Below are positions 16,627 through 26,523 of a stretch of 64,000 nucleotides of DNA, in pieces. The DNA comes from a virus: the IMG/VR virus record IMGVR_UViG_3300037247_001096, positions 9,134 through 73,133 of that record. One strand, 5' to 3'. Both the position numbers and the translations under genes were made by a program. The notes under the pieces are model-generated. The model saw only the letters and a program-made list of their open reading frames with translations. It was not told the origin of the DNA and searched no databases. Every line of letters starts with the position of its first letter. The stretch's first letter is position 1.

Positions 16627-19600
16627 ATGCAACAACCCGACACGCAGGCAAGGGAGATACTACGGAGCCTAATCCCCACGCTCCAGAGCGATTATACCCG
16701 CGCATTGCACCGTGGGGCCGAGTCCGATAGCCCCGAGCTACGGCAACTGAACAGGGTCGAGGCGTTCTTAGGGCTACCCTTGACCCCTGAAATGCGCTTG
16801 GTGGTACGGGGGTACGGGCGTAGCCGTAAGGTCAAAATAGAGTGAAAATAGGCCCTCTGACCCCTTCAGAACCGCCTACAGAGGCCGATACTGAAGCTTA
16901 GAGGATAAGACCATGAATCAAGTCCCCATTATGTGCAATGACTTATCATGCCGTGACTGTGAATATAGGCGACGAGCCTACCTGACGAAAGCCGCTATCC
17001 ACCACTACGCGGGGCGGCGCCACCTTGCCGCGCAGATACTCAAGAACTCCAGCACCTACTCGGTATGGCTCATAAACGCGGCGCGGTACGTTCAGCGGGA
17101 AGGACAGGTAGGCGTTTAGCGTTACCTTGCCACCAGACGGCCATAAGGGGCCGGATTGCACCTTACTAGCGAAATAGAATACGGAATGGGCGGAGCGCGG
17201 GTGGTTAGACTGCCCACACCTAGGGCGCTGGGCTTTAGCTCCAGCTTAAACGGAAATTTAAGGGGCCGACCTTAGAGGCAACTCTAGCCACTCGCGCCCC
17301 GTCCATCCCTTAAGAGTAGTGGAGGTGAGCAAACAATGAAAGACCTCAAAGTATGGGTGAGGGTAGGCGACCAGGACGATTATCACCCGTTCGACTCGCC
17401 GGAGCTAGCAGCAGAGTACGTCCACGAGTATCTACACGGGCCCGACCAGGAACTAGACGGGACAGGCCAGTGTCGCCACCAAGTAGAGCGATACCAGGGG
17501 CCAGGACTGCGAGGCGTCGAGCTGCCGGATACGCCCTTCACGGGGTACAACGGCGTGTCCCTGTTCTGGGGCGATGAAGACGCGCAGCTTGAGGGCGAGC
17601 TGTCCGATATGGAGCTGTTCGCGTTCGGGAACAGCTTGACCTAGGACGTGAGGGGGTCAATTCAGGTTGGCCCCTTCAGACTTTAGGCGAACGGTCGATA
17701 CTTAGAGTAGAGAGTAGAGAGTAGAGAGTAGAGAGGAGCACACAACATGGACGGCGACGTAAAGGCACTCAAGGCCCGAAACGATAGGGCTGCTGCCCGG
17801 GAGCTTGCCGAGCTTAGGGCCGATACGGTCAAGGGACTCAAGTACGCCCTATCTCAAGGGGGTGTGGATGGAGTCCTAGCCCTACTGACGGAAGCGGGCG
17901 TGCTGGTTCCACTGTTCGACCGCTTCGCCGGTAACAAGAGGCGAGTGTGATGATACCAACGCCGGTACTAGGCTACATCGCCACGCTATGTGTGGCGTGG
18001 CTGATACGGCGGGGAGTGAGAGGCCATGATGGATAGGCTGGCAATCATCCTACTGGTGCTGCTGGGCTTCGGCCCCGCACTCCTAGCCCTAAGGCAGCAG
18101 GAAAGGAAGGGGTGAAGAGGTGTGTGAACTAGGCGACAAGCAAACGAGCCTCGCGCTCGACTTGGTGGATGCCGCCAACACCGACGCCCCGTACCAGGCA
18201 TTCAGAGACTATGCTCTACTGGTGCTGGCGACCGGCACGCCGCTAGACCGTGCCATCACCTACCTCAAGGACACCGGCAGTCCCCAGCACGCCCGTGGAC
18301 GCCTGCTGCTTAGGGCAGCGGAAAAGGCGCTACGCGAGGCCGGTGACATAGAGTAGGAGGTGAGGCTGATGCACAGATACAGCTAGGCTGCACGAGGAGT
18401 GCAGTAGGGGAGGCGTGGCTCATGCCGAGCCGGTTTCACCCGCCTCCCCCTTACACTCCCTCTACAGCGGCAGGCGAGTCCTGCCGCCTCTGGGCCTCTG
18501 GCTCATGGATGCCGAGAAGTGCGCTGTTCTAGACTTTGCACTGATGCTAGGGGTTCAGAGACGGCCGGATTGGTCGATACTACCAGTGAGAGGAGGTGCG
18601 CGATGGCACAGACTAAGATAGCGAAGCGTGACAGAGGGTATGGCAAGCGACGGCGCACGTCGCTAGTGTCGCGCCATGACCGGCACACGGTCAAGGTGCA
18701 CACCTGCGCCCGTTGCTACCCTGGCTCAGTCAGTCTAGGGGGTGGCGCCAAAGACGAGTCGACGGCAACGACAAACGACGTGTAACGCTGTCTGGAATCT
18801 AAGGAGGCGTAGCGTCATGCTGAAACTCATCGAGAGCAAAGCGACCGGCCTGAGCGTGCAGGCGCCCGACTTTGGGGGGCCAATCGCTACTCCAAGCGGG
18901 CGCTGCCTGCACTGTGGCCATCCCATGCCGAACGGCTCGGATGGCGGCTGCGGTAGCGAGTGCAACTGTGGAGACTGCTCCTGCTGTATCAACGAGGAGA
19001 CTACCGATGGGCGTGGACTTGACTGACGGCCTACTGTGGCTGGCCGGTGCGTTCCTTGTGGCGCACCTACTGACAGACGCCCGCCGGATGGTACAGGTGC
19101 TCCGGCTCCAGCACTCCCGCAAGGCCCATAAACCCCAAAGCGGGATACCGTGCCAGCGGTGCAAGGGCGTGGACGCTGGCATCAAAGAGGCGTGGTGGGA
19201 GGTGGCTACGCTTGTCGCCCTTGTGGGACATCTGATATTCGATTACATTGGGTAAGGAGGTACATCATGAAGACAGGAAGCACCATCGACCGGCTAGACA
19301 GAGCAGCCACAGCACTGACCGCCGCAGCCTCCGCCCTCAATCACGGGCGCAACGCCCTCTTTGTTGAGCGATTAGAGGAGGGGCTGCGTCTTGTCGAAGA
19401 GGTACTGTTCCATAGCGAGAAGCTAACACCAGAGGAGCGACTGCGCCTCTGCCTATCTAGAGAGGAGGTGACTTGATGAAGTGCAAATCGTGTGGGGGAC
19501 AGCTAGTCATGCGCGAGACCTTTGACTACCCCATAGACGAGAACGGGGTGTGGGCCAGCGACAGCATCGGCGATAGTGGTGTGTACTGCCTTGACTGCGG

Positions 19601-21338
19601 CGCCCGCCATGCCTACGACGACATCCACGAGAGCGGCGACCACTACACCATCGCTCTCGAAGCGAACAGCGACCCTGACCCAGTGGCCACCATCGCCATC
19701 GCCTTCAGGGGTGGGGTGATAGACGCTATCGGGGCCGACCGACTGACGGGCCTGCTTGCCATCGACGAAGACCGTAAGGAGATAGGTCGCTTCCTCGCCC
19801 GACCAGACGAGAATGAATGGTGGCAGAGGGTGAAGGCATTGGAGGCTCGCATCCAAAAGGGCGAGAGCCGAGCATTCTTTGGCGACGGTAAGGAGGTAGA
19901 AGATGACCAAGCCAGGGATTGAACCGTTCGCTAAGCGGTGGGGAGTCCAAGGTTCCTTTCCAAAACGCTCCAGGCGGTTCGCTGCGGGGGGCTATGGACC
20001 CTTGAACAACCGTCCGCCCAACGTGGTGCACAACCACGAGAGCGGCGCCCGAATTGTATATGTGGGGTTCAGCGAAACCGCACCCGCCCACCATCTGTTT
20101 CGATGCGTGGCCCACAGTGACCCACCTCGACGCCAGGTGCAGCTCAAGCCATTCGACCAGCGGCGCTTCACCTCGGAATCCAAGGCGGGGCGGGGTGGGT
20201 GCTCCATGCGTGACTGCCCGGGAAACGCTGTAGAGATGGACGAGGAGGAGACGCAGGCATACTGCGAACACTGCGCCACACGGGTACGGGGCATTGTCCC
20301 CTGCTCATGGGCATCCATCGAACCGTGCTACACTAGGCTGGGATTGGACAAGCCACCACATGGCCGGCCCTGCCCGACGTGCGCCGCTTTCGGACGGGAG
20401 GAAGCGGTAGCGTGGTGAACAAGCGTTGGCGAGGTCGAAGGCCGTTCCGACAGAATAGGCGGCTCTGGTCGGAACCATTAGAGCAACAAGGAAGGGGTGG
20501 CGAACCTTCCCTCGCCAACTTTCGCGGCGTCCTGGACTTCCTGCGGCGCTATGAGGAGTCGGGCCATGGCATGGCCGCGGGCTCATTCACGGAGCGCGTG
20601 CGCCAAGAGTTGATGGCCTGGCTCAAGGAGAAGGGGTTGGGCTGGCACAGTCCTATCAACTTCGAGTACCGGCTCCACCGGCACAAGAGGGTCGCCGTGA
20701 CGTTGACCAATCCTCGCATCTATCACCGACGGCTGCGGGGGGATGGCTCGAAGGGCTTTGTGCTCGAAGGGAAGATTCTGTCCATCGATGGCCTTCGACC
20801 AGCAGGGATTGCTAAGCACGGGGAGTTTGCCCTTACCCGAATCGTTGGTCACCATCCAGTGAGACTATTGGCAGAATCAGTGGCCGAGGAAGCTGTAAAG
20901 AATCAACCGCAATTGCGTTAGGAAGGAGGCATGAACATGAAGGTGACCAATGACCAGATCGACAAGCTGACCGGGATATGCTTGGACATCTCGATCCGGC
21001 GCTACCGATCCACCGCCAATATGATATCCGAGTTCGAGAGGCAGATCGGCATGCCGCTGATCGACGTGCGCACCCGCATGTCCTTCGACGAGTTCGACGA
21101 GGCGTACCAGCGCTTTTGCCGCGTGTGGATGCCGTGGTGTGACTTGCCAGAGGATGTATGAATCGTACGATATGGAGAAGGAAGGCGCATCATGACTGAG
21201 CAAGAGGACGAGCTGCGCCGGTGCGACGGCTGCCACTCCGACCGGCTCTGCCGGAAGTACAAGAGCCTGTATCTCTGCCTAAACGGGCCTCAGAAGTGCT
21301 GGCGCCATCGAAAGGTGCTGGGCTCAAAAACGAAGTAA
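16627..21338 (+). CDS. Cluster of about 14 small early hypothetical genes (e.g. 16627..16845, 16913..17119, 17336..17644, 17747..17950, 18120..18356, 18603..18785, 18817..19026, 19007..19255, 19267..19476, 19473..19922, 19903..20418, 20412..20921, 20931..21161, 21192..21338)
   Basis: Co-oriented short ORFs, mostly with GGAG(G) RBSs. No family was recognised and many contain CxxC. Confidence 0.65.
16865..16892 (+). promoter_or_regulatory. Early promoter motif, copy 2
   Basis: TTCAGA accgcctacagaggcc GATACT before gene 16913. Confidence 0.7.
17186..17306 (+). ncRNA. Candidate structured RNA or RNase III-type processing stem
   Basis: 24-nt arms pair at 23 of 24 positions, including three G-U pairs on the plus strand, and enclose a multibranch interior. 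Confidence 0.55.
17675..17702 (+). promoter_or_regulatory. Early promoter motif, copy 3
   Basis: TTCAGA ctttaggcgaacggtc GATACT before gene 17747. Confidence 0.7.
17704..17731 (+). repeat. Tandem heptamer (AGAGTAG)4 in a 5' leader
   Basis: Read directly from the sequence. Confidence 0.9.
18554..18581 (+). promoter_or_regulatory. Early promoter motif, copy 4
   Basis: TTCAGA gacggccggattggtc GATACT before GGAGGT and ATG 18603. Confidence 0.7.
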
Positions 21339-21371
21339 CACAACCGCAGTAAAACACGTTATACTAGACGT

Positions 21372-21454
21372 GGGGCCGACGGGAAAGGTTCGCCGGATGG
21401 TGTGCAGGCTCTGTCAGGCGAGCAACGCCGGTTCGACTCCGGCCGGCTCCACCA
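21372..21454 (+). ncRNA. Ala-identity tRNA-like RNA resembling a tmRNA tRNA-like domain without an mRNA domain
   Basis: Acceptor GGGGCCG/CGGCTCC with G3-U70, A73 and encoded CCA; T-arm GCCGG-TTCGACT-CCGGC; no D stem; a single long helix; TATACT 6 nt upstream. Confidence 0.8.
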
Positions 21455-21457
21455 CAC

Positions 21458-21534
21458 GGGGGCTGGAAGGGCAGGCTACAGCAGCCGGACGAGACCCTAA
21501 CCCGGGCTAAAATCCTGGGCCAGTCCCCCAACCA
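21458..21534 (+). ncRNA. Second, more degenerate tRNA-like module
   Basis: GGGGGCTGG/CCAGTCCCC closing stem, T-like arm CCCGGG-CTAAAAT-CCTGGG, and 3' CCA/ACCA. Confidence 0.4.
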
Positions 21535-21651
21535 ATACAGGAGGTGTTTAATGCTCCGACGAATATTGCACGCCATCTTCGGGCACCCCAACGACTGGCT
21601 CTGCGACTGGGATCTACACTGCAGGTGCACCCCAGACCGCGATTGTATAGG

Positions 21652-21828
21652 ATGCCCATGAGCCCACTAGCGCACGCGCTGTATCAGTACCTTCGGGGCC
21701 GGCCTGACGGCAGCAATACCGTGATGGAGGAGCTAACCGCAACACTACGGGCCAGCAAAACCGCCGTCCGAGCAGCGTTCCGAGAGTTGGAAGCCGAGGG
21801 GCTGCTCGTCGCTGAACAGGAGGTGTAA
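21652..21828 (+). CDS. Small winged helix-turn-helix protein
   Basis: MEELTATLRASKTAVRAAFRELEAEGLL. Confidence 0.7.
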   Translation: MPMSPLAHALYQYLRGRPDGSNTVMEELTATLRASKTAVRAAFRELEAEGLLVAEQEV

Positions 21829-21856
21829 TTATGTCCGGGCTTGAGAGTCTATACTT

Positions 21857-22411
21857 CTACCGCGCAGGCGTAGCCGCCGGTACACTAGCCGACTGGCTTA
21901 TCTGGGGGTAGGGGCGACGATGATACTCGTACAGGATGTTACAGTTGGCACAACGAAGGTCGAGGTCGTCGGTCTGGCGCCGTCCAGTCAGAAGCTCTTG
22001 GTAAATATGACGGCGCACGCGGTGCACTTCTTGGCGCCCCCCTCCATTGATATGATTCACTTGAAGGACACGCCAGTCAGTAATCCCACAAGCCACGCAG
22101 CGCCCGCCCAACAGAGCAGCTACCCGTTGGTGGCGTTCGTCGGACAAGCGTCGGTTCTTTACAAGGCGGGCTTCTCGGTTTCGTTGGTAGAACGCCTTCG
22201 CACTACAACGCTGGGAACAGTAGCGGTGAGTTTTCTGATATGGTGCAAACTCCTTGCCACACACCGCGCACTGCCGGGCCGGCTGCTTGGGGTACAGGAC
22301 AGCGTACTTGCGTCGTGCGTAGGTGCGACCGGCACACCGCTTCGAGCAGAACAATTGCCCCTTCTTCCCTCGAAACCGCTTCGAACATCCACCGCAAGTC
22401 AGCTTTTTCAT
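21857..22411 (-). CDS. HNH-like endonuclease with N-terminal zinc ribbons (inverted orientation)
   Basis: Two CxxC...F...CSxxC repeats and CVACG...LQVNHINGGG...LRCANCN. Its own promoter TTGCGC-18-TATACT lies at 22451..22422. Confidence 0.8.
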   Translation of the reverse strand: MKKLTCGGCSKRFRGKKGQLFCSKRCAGRTYARRKYAVLYPKQPARQCAVCGKEFAPYQKTHRYCSQRCSAKAFYQRNREARLVKNRRLSDERHQRVAALLGGRCVACGITDWRVLQVNHINGGGRQEVHRVRRHIYQELLTGRRQTDDLDLRCANCNILYEYHRRPYPQISQSASVPAATPAR

Positions 22412-23843
22412 GCCTAATAATAGTATACGATATACCAACACCTTTGCGCAAATGGAAGGGCCGGCAGTGTACCAGGCGAGAGAGGTGCTCTCTTATCAAC
22501 GGCGCGGGTATAAATTTACACAGGCTCACCGCAGAGGCGGCTGGGATGGCACAGTGAGATTAATGACGCAGAAGGGCCGATTCGCAGCCGGATTGGTGCC
22601 TTGGCTGGTCGCACGTCTAGCCAAGGAAGGCATCACCATTGAGGTGGACGACCAGCGCCCCGAGACCCTACCCAAGGACACTAGACTTGCCGAGCTTCAC
22701 AACAGCGTGGAGTTTAGGCCACACCAGCAGACCGCCATCAACCAGGCTCTCGCCTTAGAGCGGGGTGTCATTCACCACCCCACAGCGGCCGGTAAGACTG
22801 AAGTGATGGTAGAGGTTGCCCGGCGGATAGGGCGCCCGGGCCTGGTGCTGGGGCACCGCAAGGACTTGATGTACCAATCCGCTGAGCGGATGATACAGAC
22901 GCTGGGGCTGGGCGAAAGCCTCAAGGACTTCCCTCATCAAAACGTAGTAGGTATGATAGGCGACGGCCTGTGGGAACCCCGCATCCTGACGGTCTGTACC
23001 TTCCAGACGTTGTACATGCGCCTCAAGGAAGAAGCAGGCATCGAACGTTGGTTGCGGGAGGAGATAGGCCAGGTGCACGTAGACGAATGCCACCACCTGC
23101 CTAGCCGGAGCTATGAAAAAGTGATGGCCCAGCTCTGGTCTGCCCGCTGGCGCCTAGGCTACAGTGCCACCCCTGATAAAGAGCTCGACCCGGAAACGTT
23201 TTTCAAAGTAGCGAGCTGGCTCGGGCCGACGGTGCACCGGGTCGGGGCTGACGAGCTGGCGGAGAAGGGCCACCTAGTCCCCGTGGATGTCTTCATGATT
23301 CGCCAACCACCCAACCCCGCGAGCTGGAAGAAGTGGCAGGAGGTGGTGGAGTACGGCATCGTCAGCAACACCATTCGCAACAACCATATCGTGACGCTGG
23401 CCCGGCACCTAGACGAAACAAGGAGCGGGCCAGTCGTCATACTTGTAGAACGCCTTGCACACGGGGAAGCATTGGCCCATGCCCTCGGCGCTCCGTTCAT
23501 TGCAGGCAATGCCCCCACCCCCACAAGACAGCGGACGTGGGAGGACATGCGGCAAGGTAAGCTGAACCTACTTGTAGCGTCAAAGGTCGCGGACGAGGGT
23601 TTGAATATCCCACCGTTGGCATATCTGATTATGGCGGGCGGGGGTAAGGCGCCCCACCTCACTGTCCAAAAGGTGGGGCGTGGGATGAGGGTTGCCAAGG
23701 GGAAGGACAGACTTTTCGTGTTCGATTTCCTTGACCGGGGAAAATACCTGGAGAAGCACGCAGCCCGCCGGCTCCAGACGTACAGCGAGCAGCCTGCGTA
23801 CTCGTGCAGTATCGTAAATTTTGAGGAGGTATGCCCATCATGA
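22410..23843 (+). CDS. Superfamily 2 DExH helicase (UvsW/SSL2-like)
   Basis: FRPHQ, PTAAGKT, VDECHH, SAT, DEGLNIP, QKVGRGMR and an N-terminal WDG motif. The start is approximate. Confidence 0.92.
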   Translation: MPNNSIRYTNTFAQMEGPAVYQAREVLSYQRRGYKFTQAHRRGGWDGTVRLMTQKGRFAAGLVPWLVARLAKEGITIEVDDQRPETLPKDTRLAELHNSVEFRPHQQTAINQALALERGVIHHPTAAGKTEVMVEVARRIGRPGLVLGHRKDLMYQSAERMIQTLGLGESLKDFPHQNVVGMIGDGLWEPRILTVCTFQTLYMRLKEEAGIERWLREEIGQVHVDECHHLPSRSYEKVMAQLWSARWRLGYSATPDKELDPETFFKVASWLGPTVHRVGADELAEKGHLVPVDVFMIRQPPNPASWKKWQEVVEYGIVSNTIRNNHIVTLARHLDETRSGPVVILVERLAHGEALAHALGAPFIAGNAPTPTRQRTWEDMRQGKLNLLVASKVADEGLNIPPLAYLIMAGGGKAPHLTVQKVGRGMRVAKGKDRLFVFDFLDRGKYLEKHAARRLQTYSEQPAYSCSIVNFEEVCPS

Positions 23844-25143
23844 GCAGAGAGACTCTCCAAGCCGTCGTGCAGGAGGTGCTCGGTATTGATATTCCAGAGT
23901 TTGGGGTCATGATGCTAGGCGTTCAACTCGCCTTGTGCGACCCCGACTTCTGGCAGAGCCAGGTCAGTCAAGAAGATGATGAGCAGGGAGGTTGGATGCA
24001 AGGCACAGCCGACCAACTTGCCGCCACCGTGAGGGAGGCATATGTCTTCGTGGAGGACACACTGGAGAACAAGTCATGAGACTACGAGAAGGAGAGCCCA
24101 ACCTGTCGGAGGTCGAACGGCGCCGCAGTCAGGGAGTGGCGACCCTGCACTACGCCGACGGTGATTACAGATGCAGATGGTTTACTCCAACATGGTTCAC
24201 CGACGACGAAGACAAGTGGTGGGATGTAGACGCTGACCAGGTGGTGGCGGAGTACGTCCCGGCGTTCCTGCGGGCACTCACAGAACAGCGTCAGGAGCCA
24301 GGAGAGCCACGTCACAGCCTCTATGAGGTCTATTGGGAGTCTGAGCTAGTATGGAGCCAGCAGGTTGATGACTACGAGCCTGTCGCGCTACCATCAGAAG
24401 GAGGTGTAACGTGAGCGATTTACGATTGACTTGCACGAGGTGCCGGAACACGTTTGAGGGGGGAGATGACCTACACCCCGGCAGTCCCTGCCCCGACTGC
24501 CTTCGGCACACCGTAATGTTACCACACAACCTAGACCGAGAGGGTATGGGGTTGGTCGGTACACTCATCCTCGGTGTGCCCGTCTTTGAAACGAGTGAAT
24601 GGGCGGACAGCACCCTTTGTGATGTAAACGACCGGCACTACCCCCACACATGGGAGGTAGACGAACAACGTTTTGTCTGCCCGGGTAGGCGGCTGGACAG
24701 CAGGGAGCGTACCTTCCACGTGCTACTGACGCAGGGGGAGAAGGGGCTGATTAAGGTGGCGGGAATCTCCCGTCAACCAGAGCCCATCAAAGAGACCTTC
24801 GAGACGTGGCACAACGAGGGGCGTACACTCTGGCTCCTCACCCTTACCGACCCCCAGGAGGGACTGCCTGGTGTGAAGCTAGAGCTCGTCACCCCAAAAT
24901 GCGAGTTCAGTACCCTCTTCGTCCCTTCCGACACGCCTGAAGAGGCCCACGATGATTAACATATGTGAAGCCCATAGCATAGAGCCCGACCCAAAGGGGG
25001 TACGAGAGTGCTACGGGGGGCTCTGGGTCTGCGCCGAGTGTAAGCGCACCATCTGTACCGGATTCGGTTGTGCCGACGAGTACCCCGACCTCTGCGACGA
25101 CTGCTGGTGGGAAAAGGAGAGGCCCCATGGAGAGAAAGAGTGA
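23831..25143 (+). CDS. Four coupled hypothetical genes (23831..24079, 24076..24414, 24411..24959, 24952..25143)
   Basis: Overlapping start and stop codons with RBSs. Confidence 0.65.
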
Positions 25144-25556
25144 CTACGAAGTCCCGGCTGTTAGCTAAGGCACACCCAAACTCCAGTGGCTGCGTAGAGT
25201 GGCAGGGAGCGCGAGACACGCGGGGCTATGGGAATATCTACGTAGAGGGTCGGACAGAGAAAACACATCGCCTGAGCTACCAGCTTCACAGCGGCCCGAT
25301 TGCTCCAGGACTGTCCGTATTACATCACTGCGATAACCCTCCATGCATCCTCCCCGCCCACTTGTTTCTCGGCACCCAGGCCGACAACATCCAAGACGCC
25401 CAGAAGAAAGGACGGCTCTGGAGTGGCCCTACTAAGGGCACTCATTGCCGGCGAGGGCACCCACTCACAGAGGGTAATACGTACAGTACGCCCTCAGGTA
25501 AACGTCGTTGCCGTACTTGCTACCTAGCCTGGCAGAGAGAAAGGAGGGCTTCTTGA
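25140..25556 (+). CDS. HNH homing endonuclease
   Basis: CVEWQG...GYG...HRLSY...VLHHCDNPPC..P.HL.LGT..DN, with a C-terminal THC..GH...C..C finger. Confidence 0.9.
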   Translation: MTTKSRLLAKAHPNSSGCVEWQGARDTRGYGNIYVEGRTEKTHRLSYQLHSGPIAPGLSVLHHCDNPPCILPAHLFLGTQADNIQDAQKKGRLWSGPTKGTHCRRGHPLTEGNTYSTPSGKRRCRTCYLAWQRERRAS

Positions 25557-25939
25557 TAGAGCACCTAATAACGACCCTACTAGGGACATTTGCACTTGGG
25601 CTTGCTACGTGGCATGTAACCAGAGCGATCAGCCACGGCTCACTGTTCAAGCCCTTCCGGGAGTGGCTGGAGTACATCGGCGCCACCTGGGAGACCGGGG
25701 ACACGTCACCCCGAGCGACGTTCCTTCTCTACCTCTGGAGGGGGTTTGACTGTCGCCTATGCTTCGAGACACAGGTCGCCATCATCCTGACGTGGGGGGC
25801 ACTGGTGACGGGCCTGGTGGTCAGCCCGGGCGTGTTGCCCTACGCTGCCTGGGGGTTTGCCTTCGCCATTGGGCCTTTCTTGACCGCCGCTTGGAGTGAA
25901 ATCATCCGTCGAGTAGAGTGTGTGGAGGCACCTGCTTAA
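25553..25939 (+). CDS. DUF1360-like membrane protein
   Basis: TM segments with TRAI...LF.PFREW and C..C. Confidence 0.55.
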   Translation: MIEHLITTLLGTFALGLATWHVTRAISHGSLFKPFREWLEYIGATWETGDTSPRATFLLYLWRGFDCRLCFETQVAIILTWGALVTGLVVSPGVLPYAAWGFAFAIGPFLTAAWSEIIRRVECVEAPA

Positions 25940-26264
25940 TGAAGTCACGACACATTAGCACAATAACACAGAGCCTAACCCTTGAACTAGGATTCACCGT
26001 TGACATCGGGCCGGCCGGCCTGACGCAGGCCATCATCGAAGCACTGGAGAAGGGGGGTGTGCTGGAGGAGGCGGGCATCGTCTACATCCGGGCTGACGCC
26101 CCCGGGCAAAGGCTGGCGGCCGTCGACCTCTGGGCGCCCGAGCCTGAGGCGCCGGTGATACCTCCTGACCCCCCAGTGATGCCCGTTCTGGATGATGAGC
26201 CGCTCTGTTGTGCCGAGGGGGATGGCCCCTATAAGGGCTGCTGTCGACCGGAGCCCCAGGTATG

Positions 26265-26523
26265 AAAACCCCTGTGGGGCACCGTATAATTTTGGGGGGT
26301 AAAGCGGGTTACTAAATGGGTTGTAACCTACAACCCATTGTAACCTACAACGGGTTTCGTACTGGGATAAGGTCAATAACCCCTGTAGCCTACAACGGGT
26401 TGTAGGCTACTCGTTACAGTGATGGGATGGATAGAAGTAGAGGGTAAACCAGGTAATTTAGGCTATTCTGGGCACTCTACCGCAACACTTCAGCCCGTAA
26501 TACGTTGTAGCCTACAGGGGTTT
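26265..26523. repeat. Iteron-like repeat cluster B, candidate replication origin
   Basis: TGTA[A/G]CCTACA at 26322, 26339, 26384 and 26506, with an inverted copy at 26401. Palindrome at 26315..26339. Bounded by inverted AAACCCCTGT/ACAGGGGTTT. Confidence 0.7.

Noticed and set aside
18389-18452. Hairpins CTGCAC/GTGCAG and GGGGAGGCG/CGCCTCCCC as an ncRNA
   Set aside because: They are short and adequately explained as a terminator or processing hairpin, with too little evidence for a distinct RNA.
21372-21454. Canonical tRNA-Ala(UGC)
   Set aside because: It lacks U8, a D stem and a 5-bp/7-nt anticodon arm with U33, so it is kept as a tRNA-like RNA instead.
21920-22417. 165-aa plus-strand ORF as the helicase N-terminus
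   Set aside because: It is antisense to a motif-bearing HNH gene and in a different frame from the helicase, whose own N-terminal motifs begin after 22410.
26265-26523. CRISPR array
   Set aside because: The repeats are about 11 bp, irregularly spaced and partly inverted, with no unique spacers of constant length and no cas genes.
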